Under the pieces are notes generated by a model. The model saw only the letters and a list, made by a program, of their open reading frames with translations, was not told the origin of the DNA and searched no databases. The position numbers and the translations under genes were made by a program. Shown here in pieces: positions 38,601-50,600 of a stretch of DNA of 64,000 nt; positions within the stretch are counted from its first letter, which is position 1, and each line of letters starts with the position of its first letter. The DNA is from Octopus sinensis. Lineage: Eukaryota. Location of the stretch: positions 39,556,001-39,620,000 of the forward strand of contig NC_042998.1 of the NCBI RefSeq assembly GCF_006345805.1, given 5' to 3'.

Positions 38601-41600
38601 TAGTCATTTCTTAAAGCTTGGTACTTATTCTATAAGTCTCTTGTGTCGAACTGCTAAGTTACACATGTAAATGCATCAATTCTTGTCAAGTGGTGGTTGT
38701 GGGGGATAGATACAAAGCACAAACATGATGGGCTTCTTTCAGTTTCCATCTACCAAATCTACTCACAGGACTTTGGTTGGTCCAATGCTATAGTAGAAGA
38801 CACTTGTCCAAGATGCCATGCGGTGGGACTGAACTCAGAACCTTGTGGTTGGGAAAAGCGCTTCTTACCACACAGCCATGTCTAATTGTCTTATTGACAT
38901 TTGTTATGTGGAATTTGCATCAGTGTTGTCGGTCTCAAACATTTACTGGAAATAACTACACAATATCGAACCAGCCCGAGACTGCTTGGATTTTACCATT
39001 TATGATGTGGTACTCGCTAAACTGAAACATTTTTAGGTCTCTTTTTATGAATGACTCCTAACGAGTCCATCACTACCACTGTGAATGTGTAAGTGCGCAA
39101 CTGATTGTGTGTATGTGTTTAAGAAAACTAGAATAGTTGAAGTGTTGATATTGTGACATTGATAGATGTGGAGAGAAGCAGGTGTTGAGATATTTGCAGG
39201 CCTACCATCACTGAATAATACAACCAACATGGTATTATTGGACCATAGAAAGAGAAAAAATATAATTGTTTTAGGCAGATACACACTTCTTCACTGAGTT
39301 ACCATTTTGAAACTGGTTAAATGGTGTTCAGCTAAACGGGTAGTATCTTCAAGAAATAGCATCAAAATCTACCTCAAATTATATTCCACTGTCTTATGGA
39401 AAAAGAACACAATAGAGAATGTAGACCTAGATACAGTAAATATAAAGGGTTTAATGGGTGTTCATGGTTGGAGAGCTTTTGCTGATTGGCTTGTTAGAGC
39501 AGGAGTGACTCTAACTGGCACCCTGGTTGCAATGAATGTGCAAGTGATTTGAACGCTCTACACACACACACACGTGTACCCATAACATAGTTCTCAGGGA
39601 GATTCAGCATGATACAGACTGCGATAAGATTGGCCCTTTGAAATACAAGCACTACTCATTTTTGCCTAGTGGGTGGGCTGGAGCATCGTCATCTGCTCAA
39701 GGACACAATGTGTGGCCTTATGATTCTGAGCTGAACACACCTGACCATTATGCCACTTGCCTTCACTAGCAGTGACTGGGACAAACAATATTCTCTCCCA
39801 TTAACTCAGCTGCATGCTGAAGGACAGTTTGCAAATTTCTGATTTTTACATTCACTTTTCTTCCTTAGTAAAATTGGTATGAGTTTTGTTGAAACAGTTT
39901 TATATCAGTTGACATTTATAGCTGGGTGTTGTTGCTTCTATTTAGGGAGTGGAACCAGTTTGTCAGTCAGATAGACTCATGTCTAGGATCAAAACAAAAC
40001 AACTGTACTAAATTTCAGTGAACTCCTGTGATTGGTTGCCCTACACCCTCAGTTCTGACTTTACTCTTCATTACATCTACTCATTACTCCTGAATATGAA
40101 AAATTCCGCAACTCTTCTTTCAACTAATCTCAGCTAATAGATGTCAAATGTCTTTGGGTTGTTCTTTGGCTTTTGCTGATCAATGTATTCTTTCTTTTAT
40201 AATTGTAGATGGTTTTGGAATATTGCAGTTGAAGAACAAGTGTGTAAATTGTGGGAGTGAAGGTGAGATTAAATTTGATATCATTTAATGTCTGTTTTCC
40301 CTGCTGGCATGGGTTTGACAGGAGCTGGAGAGCTGCACCAGGCTCCAAGTGTTTTCTTTGGCATGGTTTCTATGACTGGATGCCCTTCCTAATGCCAGCC
40401 ACTTACGAAGTATACTGAGTGTCTTTTAGTCACATCAATAGGGTTACCAAATAGGTTGCAAGACAAAGACCTTTTATCCAGGAGAGGGAGTGGAAGCAAA
40501 GGTGATGGCTGTGTGCCAGGTGAGAAGCGAGGGCCATAATAGCATTTATTATATTGAACTGCATATGATGGATTCTTGTGGTTTGAAAGAAATCTGTCAT
40601 GTTCTGAAAGAGGTGGTAAAAGTGTATGTGCAATAGAGAGTGAGAGATTCCAATGAAGCTACCAGGACATGCACACATGAATAATTTTGGCACATGTACT
40701 TGCACACTGACAATAATTAACTGTGTGTAGACATGTCTGCATGCCATTAGTGTTTTTGTGTTTGCATGTGCCAAGCATGTTGATTACTTTCCTTGATGAT
40801 ATAACATGCACACCTTACAGCAGGTTTCTGTAAAGATTCAATATCTGTCTAACAACAAAGAACTTGTAAATATTTCAACTGAGTTACCAATGACTGAGAG
40901 CAAATACAATTGGAATGGTCTGTATCTCAGTATGGAGACAACTGATTGAAAATGTCTAATTGAATTTCATCTATAATTTATTTCTTCTTGTCAAAATAAC
41001 TCTGATATTAGTGTAAAGAAAGCAACTAGAAATGTGAGATTATTTCTTAACAACCACAACTTTTATGAGAAGGTCTGTGGCCCACAATGGGTCACTAGTT
41101 GAAATAAAGGCCTTTAATCCCATGAATATTGGATACAAACCTGCTATAAAATTTTACTGCTTTACAGCAGATTCTCAAAGAACTCCATAGGTTTATGGGC
41201 TATTTGTGTAACTTGTAAATAACTTTCATGTGATAGGGTTGTGTTGGGTGTGCAAACTGCACAGGGTGGGAGCCACTTGTCATTGAAGATAAATGTTTAA
41301 GGGATCTGCCAAGACCAACATTATAACACCATTCACTTGCATTGAAGGAAAGGCTTGAATGTCACAGCTTCTTATTTGTTTTATTGTTTCTACTATAAGT
41401 CTGACTTGGTATTTTTAACAAAAAGTTTAAATGACTTGTTTTTCAGCTACCAAAAGATGTTCCAACTGCAAAGTACCATATTGTAGTATTCGCTGTCAAA
41501 CGAAGGACTGGACGAATGGTCATGAAAAGAGATGTTTTAGTTTTAGGTATGATATTTCTTTTGATTTGTGATCAGATTTCTAACTCTCATGATAGAAAAT

Positions 41601-44600
41601 TTAGACTCCAGATCTAAGATTTTGTGGAGTTCATAGAATATCAGGCGACCAGCTTGATAGGTCTGTTGTTTGTCACAGATGCTTTAGTAAAATTCTTGTG
41701 GTCATCACTGAATGTGGCTGAAAGGTTCACAAAAAGTTGGAACAGGAGGATGAGTAGAAACTTCTCTTGTACATATGAGTCATTATCATTGTTTAACATC
41801 TGCCTTCTATGCTGGCATGGGTTGGACAGTTTGACAGGAGCCTGCACCACACTTTGGAGTTTATTTCAGCTGGGTTTTTATGGCTGAATACTCTTCCTCT
41901 AATATCAATAGGAAATAATTCTGTATTTTAATAAAATTACAATAACTTCATATTTTGTCTGTGTACTGGTATATCCAGAAAAAAATTACAGTTTATGCAA
42001 GAACAATGAATTTTATTTATATAAAAAAAATATTTCTCTTTTCTTAGTAATATGTCTCTCCAGGAACTTGCTGACCGGTTTGATGTTGATTTAAATTTAA
42101 ATACATCTGGAAACAAGTCAAAGTTTAAAGACAATGTGAGTACATTTGAAAAAAGCCTTATCTTGCTTAATCACTGAAGATTATTGTTGTTTTTGTAGAT
42201 GAATTTGGTTGAAGAAACTTCAGGCAGTTGTTTGAACATTTAGGTGTTGCACACCTACTTCTGTTCTGGGATTTACTAGGCATTAGTTTATTGTATGAGA
42301 TTTAGTGTTGAATCCTGGATCTAGACTCTATCCTCATTTCTGTAGATCTATAGATTCTAGTGATGGCCACAGTATAAAGTAAGTATAAAGATAAACTTGG
42401 TCAGAGCATGACAGTCACTCTTCCTTTGAACTATGATATCCATCCAGGTACAGTGGCTGGAGTGTAACATTGCTATTTCAGTGTGTTTGGGTGCCAGGAC
42501 CACCAAACTGGCCCTCGTGCCGGTGGCACGTAAAAGCACCCACTACACTCTTGGAGTGGTTGGCGTTAGGAAGGGCATCCAGTTGTAGAAACTCTGCCAG
42601 ATCAGATTGGAGTCTGGTTCGCCAGATTTCAGTCAAATCGTCCAACCCATGCCAGCATGGAAAGCGGACGTTAAATGATGATGATGGGTGGGTAGAAGAT
42701 ACTGTAGTATGAGGACAAACAACTTGGCCTCTTTAAAGATGTGAAATATTTTTGTGCAAAGTTGTCATTTTTAAGTTTGTTCCCTAGATGTCCTTAGTGA
42801 TTGTTGTTGAGAGGGTGGAAACAGTGCACCTGGTCAGTTCCTAGATTGGCCTAACAGTTTAGAATAGTATTTGACCACTATGTGCTGACTGACTTGCCAG
42901 CTCCTGTCAAAACGTCCAACCCATGTCAGCATGGAAAACACACTAAATGATGATGCAGGACTATGTCGTAAAATTAGGATAGTGGATATTCTCTTATGCA
43001 TAAGTTCTGATAAATTTGAGGATTCTTTATGATGGTGAGATCTTTGCAAGGTGGTACAATTTCAGTTCAGAGAACTAACTAGCATTGCAGCTATTTCATA
43101 TAGCTTTAGTTTCATGGTGTTTTGTTTTGTTATGTTGCTAGTACTAGTGGCTAGTTGAACTGCTGCTACAGTTGATGTAGAGAAAGTGGAATTTCATAAT
43201 TTGGGAATAGTTAAGACTCTTCAGTTTGTATTAAAAAAAAAACAACCTATAATTTTTTATTTTTTGTCTGTTTTGATGAGTATATTCATGTATTACAACA
43301 TCGTTTAATGTTTGTTGTCCATGCTGGCAAAGGTTGGACAGTTTGACCAGAGCTAGCAAACTGGAGAGCTGTGTGAGGCTCCAGTCTGATTTGGATGGTT
43401 TCTATGGCTGGATGCTGCCCTTTCTGACACCTTTTAATAGACTAATGCATTGTCATTGGACAGCATTAAGTCTTTTGTCAATTATTTTAGATTGTATCCT
43501 GTTGCTGCTTAGAGAACTGCGTTATTGTGTACTTAATAGAGTTAATTTTCTTCTATTTCAGCAATCCCGCCAGAACAACCATCAAACAAGGCATAATTCT
43601 TCATTGCCAAGTCAAAAAGTTAGTGGTTTTACCCCCAAATCTGATGCTGTAAAGCCAAAACCAAGTAAATCCCCAAGAAAGTCATTTTCAAAAAGGGAAT
43701 CAGATGTAGAAAATGCCTTTTCTGATCATGAAGCTGCTGATAAATGGTTAGGGAGTGTCCTGTCTCATACTAAACCTGCTCGTAGTAATAGCAAACATGA
43801 ACACACAGTGGCTGGGAATGATGATTTTGAAGAATCCTACATTGGTTCCACTGTTTCTAATGGAGAAAGCAATGAATTAGAAACTGTTGAATTACCATGT
43901 CGTGGCACTTGTCAGGTTGGTTGCTTCTTTTCATCTATTTATTTTTCAAATTAACCTTTCATAAATTTCATTATCATCTAAGGCAAGAGAGAATGTGAAA
44001 AAAATAGATTTGAAAGACAGCCTTCTCATTTCATGGCTGCTTTTTCTCATTTCACAAATGAAATCTAAAATTCTATCATTTTATCAACTAAATTTAATTG
44101 TATTTTTAAATGGCTTCAAGTTTGTGTCGGCATGAATGATTTATTTTTTTATTTTTTTGCAACAATAAGTGGTTGCTTGTGGTATAAATATGTTTGTGTC
44201 TTTTATAAGCTATTTTGTTTTTTTCCTTTAAAGGTATTGGTGACTTATATCAATGAGTTGAACATATTCGTTCAGTTAAGTACAGAAAAGAACCAAAATA
44301 TACAAAAGGAAATTCTCTGTAAATTATACGAGGTGAGTACATTATGAAATCTTTACCTCTTCTTCATCCTCATTTAATATCCGTCTTCATTATCATAAAT
44401 GAATTTAACAATTCAATAAACATAATTTAATTTGGTTTTTGTTTTGTATCCTGTTTCAGTCATGTAAAGATGAGGATTCTCCATTATGGAACAAGAAGTC
44501 ATTGAGAGTCGGCCAGTTGTATGCCTGTGTGTTTAGTGAAGATGGTGTTTGGTATCGAGCAATGCTTCTGGAAATCTTGAAGTCTAACAGAGTGAAAGTG

Positions 44601-47600
44601 AAATACGTAGATTTTGGTAATTGTGAAATAACTACAATTGACAAGTTGAGAGTACTTCCTCCTGAACTGAAACAAGTTCCACAACAGGTAAATTTAGATT
44701 CTGTTTTTATGGGAGGGCATTATATTTTAGTTACTATGGTGATAAAAGGTGCTGTAAAACTGATGCTAAAACTATACCTTGGTGAAATTAGCTGATAGGA
44801 GGATAAGTAACTGTGAGTTGTGTGAGTCGCTTGCATTGCTCTTTGTTGGCAATGTAGAACTAAACTTATAGTCCCCAGGGTTTGATAGCGGGGAATGAAT
44901 TTAAGAGAACTGCTGCATTATTAGGCCCTAAAAAAATGTTTTCTCTCTACACGTAATAATAGACTACTATCCATTTCAATACCAACCTGGCTGAATCAGC
45001 CTCTGGCTTTGAGTACAAATGTCTTGTTTTCATAAGTTTTGAATTAAAATCTTCCACCAAACCTTAGTCACAGTTTATGTTCTTAACACTAGCTTAATGA
45101 TAACTAAGTTATTTTACTTAATTCTTTGTTATATTTAAAATGAATGGAAAGAAACACAGAGCCTCTTAAAATAAATATGGTAACAAAAGGGTTATACAAG
45201 GGCTTACATTTTATGTTGTATAGGCATTTGACTTGTGGGAGAAGGACCACTGAATGTAGTTGAGATGCAAGTGACAGGACCTCAAAATTATTGCTCAATG
45301 TAAATCTATTTGTAGGCAGTGTGTTGTGTGCTGAGTCTTCCTCTTGAAGCGACTTCTAAGAATTCTACAAAACTTGCTGCTTTCATTGGAAAGCATATAC
45401 TCCAAGATTCTCAATATCAGCTGAAAGTAGTCAAGGATTCAACTCCTCCAGAAGTATTTATATATGATGCTGGTAAGTTGTATGAAATTTAACCCCTGCA
45501 GTCCCAGTCTCTCTCTTATAATTCTCTAAAATTTGTTTCAGTCACTAAAACTTGTGAATCACCAATTTGTCCACTACTATTCATTTCTATTTACTTTTTT
45601 CTTTTTTACTTTCATCAGACGGAAACAAAATCAATAAAAAAATTGTCAGCAGTTTGGATTTGAATACCACAGCATTACCTAGCGAAACTACTAAAACAAG
45701 TAGTGTGAATACTCCCCAGATTGTGAAGTAAGTTTTCCTCTTTAACTCTTTCAAAGTCATCTTGACCAGTTTACACTGCTTTGTCTCTCTCTCCTCTCTT
45801 CTCTCTCTCTCTCTCTCTCCATCCTCACCCACAAATGTCAAGTGGAACATGGCCATAAATCTCCATCACAACAAACCTGTCCCGACTCCTTCCAGCTTAA
45901 CACTTAACACATTCGGATTACTCTCTCAAATCTAATGCTTATTCATTCACACTGTTTTGAATTCTAACTTTGGGATTTTGATGATCTGATTGTATTTGGT
46001 TGAGGGGAAACATTAGATGAAGCATATCAATTCTTGGATTGTTGACTTAATCCTATCACTTAATCCCACCGTTACATTGCTGTTACACCTCTTGTATTCC
46101 TGTTTGTGTTCTATTTGAGGACAATCAAGGGTTGTGATTCAAACTTGCTGTTTGAGAGCTCCTCTTGCAGAATAAGGCAATTGGCATTGCTATTCCTAAA
46201 TGAAAAGCACTTTTGCTTCCTGGAAACAATCATTTTATTTTATTTTATTTTTTTTCTTTTTGACAATTTTTGGGAGCAACTGTTAGTTTGTTGGACCTTA
46301 AAGACTAAGTGTCTCAGAGAAGTTACTAAAATTATTGTTTTTCTGCACTATTAACATTTATGTATATTAAGGTATATCTACTTCTTTCTGATTTCTTTTT
46401 CCGGACTGGACATGAACTGGGAATCTTACTCCCAAATTAATCCTAATGTACAATTCTCAGTGAAGAGGATTGCTACCATAAGTTTAAAAATAAAAGGTTT
46501 AAGATTAAATCCAATCTTGTATCATGCATATATGTTGGAATAAGTTACCTGTTGCTTAAAGATATGGACAGATTGTAAATCTCTGAAGTTTTTTGTCTTG
46601 AATTAATCCTGCATTATCTTACAGTTTAGAGATTTCACTAATGTGATTGTTTAGTCTTAGAATGCCATTGTAGAGTTGAGGTGAGAGGTTGGATCTGGCT
46701 GGTTTCAACATGAAACAGGTTAAATAGTTTGGTCGGATCTGACTGGCTTGAATGTGAAAGAGCTAAATAATATTTTTGCTAATGATTTTGGTTAGCATCA
46801 CTCATAGATTCAGTTCTTGTTTCGGTGGTCAGATGAGCATCCAATGGTAGGGAAACTTTTCCGACAAAATTCTAAATGTATGAATTCAGCAATTCAAAAG
46901 AAAAGAATGGGTAATTGAACTGCTCACTAACATTGGAAGGAAATGTCTTTTGAAAGAAAGGTGTTTTGTTTTCTTGTATTATAAATCTGGAAAATATTCT
47001 TTTCTTTTTCTTTTTTTCCAAACTTCAGGTCGTCTCCTGTTATGGCCTGTGATGTGCCTCTTGTTTCTGAGAACCTGAAATATGGCAGCAAGCACAAGCT
47101 ACGAGTTATTGATGTGAAATCTCCTGAGGACTTTCTCGTCCAGTTTGCTGATGAGCCATCCAGAGCTTTTTGTCAGTTCACCAAAATGTTGAGCAACTAT
47201 GCTGAGTCGTGCCATCCTGCTTCAGAAATGTAAGTTTGGTTTTTTTAAATTAGTGTGAGCATAGGCAGGTATGACAGTTGAAAAAATGTGTCAGGTGACA
47301 ATGGATATGTGTGTAGGTGGGTGGGTATACGTCATCCTTATCGTTTAATGTCCATTGTTCCTTGTGGGCGTGGGTTGGGTGATTTCACAGGATCTGATAG
47401 ATCCAACAACTGCAGTGTATTCTGAGGTCTGCTTTGGCATGGGTTCTATGGACAGATGCCCTTCCTAATGCCAATCACTTTATAAACTGTGCACTGGTTA
47501 ATTGGTTTTTATGGCTCCAGCTCTAGTAATGTTGCCATGCATCCTAAGATCCTCTTTGGGTAAGAAAGGCTACAGGAGAGAGAAATGACGTGTGCATGGG

Positions 47601-50600
47601 GTGGGGGGTGGAGAAACAGGTGTAATGGATGGGGAGAGTGAGATTTACATGGTTGTGGAGAAGGAGAGGAAGCGAATTAGGAAATTCCAGGCATGAAAGC
47701 TAAACTTAGACTTGAGTTTCCCCAAGGTAAACTTAGCAAAGACTAAATAAGAAAGAAAGACGAGAGAAATCTGCTATCTTCAGCGCTATGGTCTTGCTCA
47801 GTACTTAGTATACTTGATATAAAATCACCAGCATCCAAAGCTAGAATTGAAAGGTCTTAAAGTTAACTTGTTAAAGACCAAGGTTCTAGTAAGCAATAAA
47901 ACAGACAGGATCACTATCCTTTTCGGGTAAGTGGCCCTGATTGATATGTAGGCAGGTGTTTTCAGTGCAAGCTAAGGACACACAAAAGATGCAGTGGAAT
48001 AATAGGAAGGCTAAAACATAGAAAGTAGTGTTTGTATCATCATCATCATCATTGTCTTTTAGCGTCTGTTTTCCATGCTAGCATGGGTTGGACGGTTCAA
48101 CTGGGGTCTGTGAAGCTGGAAGGCTTCATCAGGCCCAGTCAGATCTGGCAGTGTTTCTACGGCTGGATGCCCTTCCTAACGCCAACCACTCAGTGAGTGT
48201 AGTGGGTGCTTTTTACGTGCCACCCGCACAGGTGCCAGACAGAGCTGGCAAACGGCCACGAATGGATGGTGCTTTTACGTGTCACCGGCACGGGGGCCAG
48301 GCGAGGCTGGCAACGGACACGAACGGATGGTGCTTTTATGTGTCACCGACACGGGGGCCAGACAGAGCTGGCAAACGGCCACGAACGGATGGTGCTTTTA
48401 CGTGTCACCGACACGGGGGCCAGGCGAGGCTGGCAACGAACACGAACGGATGGTGCTTTTATGTGCCACCGACACGGGGGCCAGACAGGGCTGGCAAACG
48501 GCCACGAACGGATGGTGCTTTTACGTGTCACCTGCACGGGGGCCCTGATGTTGATCGACCTCAATTTGGTTCTGCTTTCTGATATATGAATTGATTTGGT
48601 TTGATTTTGATTTTGACTGTTCTCACTGGTCTTGCCGGGTTTTCTCACGCACAGCATACTTCCAAAGGTGCATGCTTCCAAAGGTCTGTAGGTGCTTAGT
48701 AGCCATAGAGTCTGAGGTCACACTGGAAGCTCTCTAGAGTTAGTAGATAATTTCTGTTAACTAGGTAATCTAATTAGCAGTGGAGGAAGATGCTCCAAGA
48801 GTGTAATTGTTAGAATATGTACAGGATGGTTTCTCTTTCTCGCTTTGAGTGTAAGGAAGATTGTATGACGCATGTGTATGAACAGTATTGCTACATAGTA
48901 ATGAGATCTGGGCCTTAAATGCAGAGGACATGTGAAGATTAGAAAAGAGATGGAGCTAATATGCTGTGTTGAATGTGCAATGTCAGTTTGCATGTATGAC
49001 AGTGCTTATGTGTTAGGGAAAAGTTGGGCATGAGAGGGATTAGATGTAGTGCACAAGAGAGAACACTGTGTTAGTTTGGCCATGTGATGCATATGGACAA
49101 GGACAGTTGCATAAAAAAGTGTCAATCATTTAAGGTGGGATGGAATTTGTGGTAGAAGACCCTGGAAGACTTGGGACAAAGTATTGAAAGTCAGTCTAAA
49201 GATGATGGTTTTTTGAGATGACTGGCAGCTTCATGTGGTCATGAAGACCCATCCATAATTGATATCCTAAAATCACCTTACTAATGATTGTATATGTGGA
49301 GCTCTGCTTCATCTCCATCTTCTTTCTTATGTCAAGAATTTCCCCCACATCTCACCACCTAACATTCATCACTTCTCTATCTGTGGCACATATATCTCCT
49401 CTCTTTGGATACCCCCTCCCCCAACTATTTCCATTTCTTGTTATCTTCCCTGCCTACTATTTCTGCCAGTCCTTTCTGTTCCTTCAGCCATTGCTCTCCC
49501 TCTCTCCATCTCTCTGCTATATTCCATCCTCAACATCTCTTATCAGCTATCACTCTCAATGCCCTCACATATATATATTGGGTTGGCAACTAAGTTCCCA
49601 CTTTCTTTTTAAATTAAAATTTTTTAAAAGGTTTAATAAAAAATGACAAATTAATCAATAATGTATTCACCCTTGTTGCTTACAACTTCTTCCTAACGTT
49701 CAACAAGATTTTCAATACATCGTTGGTAGAAATCATCCGTTTTTGACTCGAAAAATTGATCCAACAAAGCTCTCAATTGTGCATCAGTATTGAACGAAAC
49801 TCCGCACATAGCATTTGAAAGAGATCAAAAGAGGTGGAAATTCGTTGGTACCAAATCAGGAGAGTACAGCGGGTGTGGCAGCATTTGAATGGCTTCCTTG
49901 GACATATTGGCAATATGAGGGTGGGCGTTGTCATACAGCAGAACTCCATGCTGCCAATTAGGTCTTTTCTCTTGAATAGCCGTGTTGAGTTGTTCCATCT
50001 GTTGAACATAGAGTTCTGCATTGACTGTTTGGTTCCGCTCAAGCAATTTGTATTGGATAATTTTTTTCCAGTCCCACCATATGCATGTTTTACGCGAATG
50101 AAGATCTTGTTTCATTTGCAGTGTTGCTTGTTTACTGGGGCTAAACCATTCCTTACGCTGCTTCATATTGATGTACAGGCACCACTTTTCATTGCCAGTA
50201 ATGATTCGGTAAAGAAATCCTTGGTTGTGTCCGTGAGTTGAGTGGTGACAAGCAAGCAAACCAGCGGAGATTGTGGCTCATTGATTTTTGTTGCCACTTA
50301 AAGCATGCAGAACCCAAGCTCCATACTTCTGAACCTTTCCCATCGAGTGAAGTTGCTTCTCTGTAGCAGTGTGGGAGCATTCCATTTTCTCTGCCAGTTC
50401 CCTTGTTGTTTGATGAGAATTTTCATGCAAAAGTTGGTTTAATCGCTCTTCATCAAACTCAACTGGACGGCCAGAGCGAGGTGCGTCTTCAAGGTCAAAA
50501 TTTTCATTTTTGAACTTGGCATACCAATCATGAGCAGTTCTTTCAGCTATGGCACCCTCTCCATACACAGCACAAATGTTGCGAGCAGCCTTTGTGGCCT

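Noticed and set aside
41191-41214. Alternative micro-exon GLWAICVT as the source of the missing MYND ligands
   Set aside because: It is phase-compatible but supplies only one Cys, and its splice sites are weak
43334-43954. 206-aa ORF as an independent gene
   Set aside because: The N-terminal part is an RTE-tail repeat plus intron; only 43562-43915 is exonic
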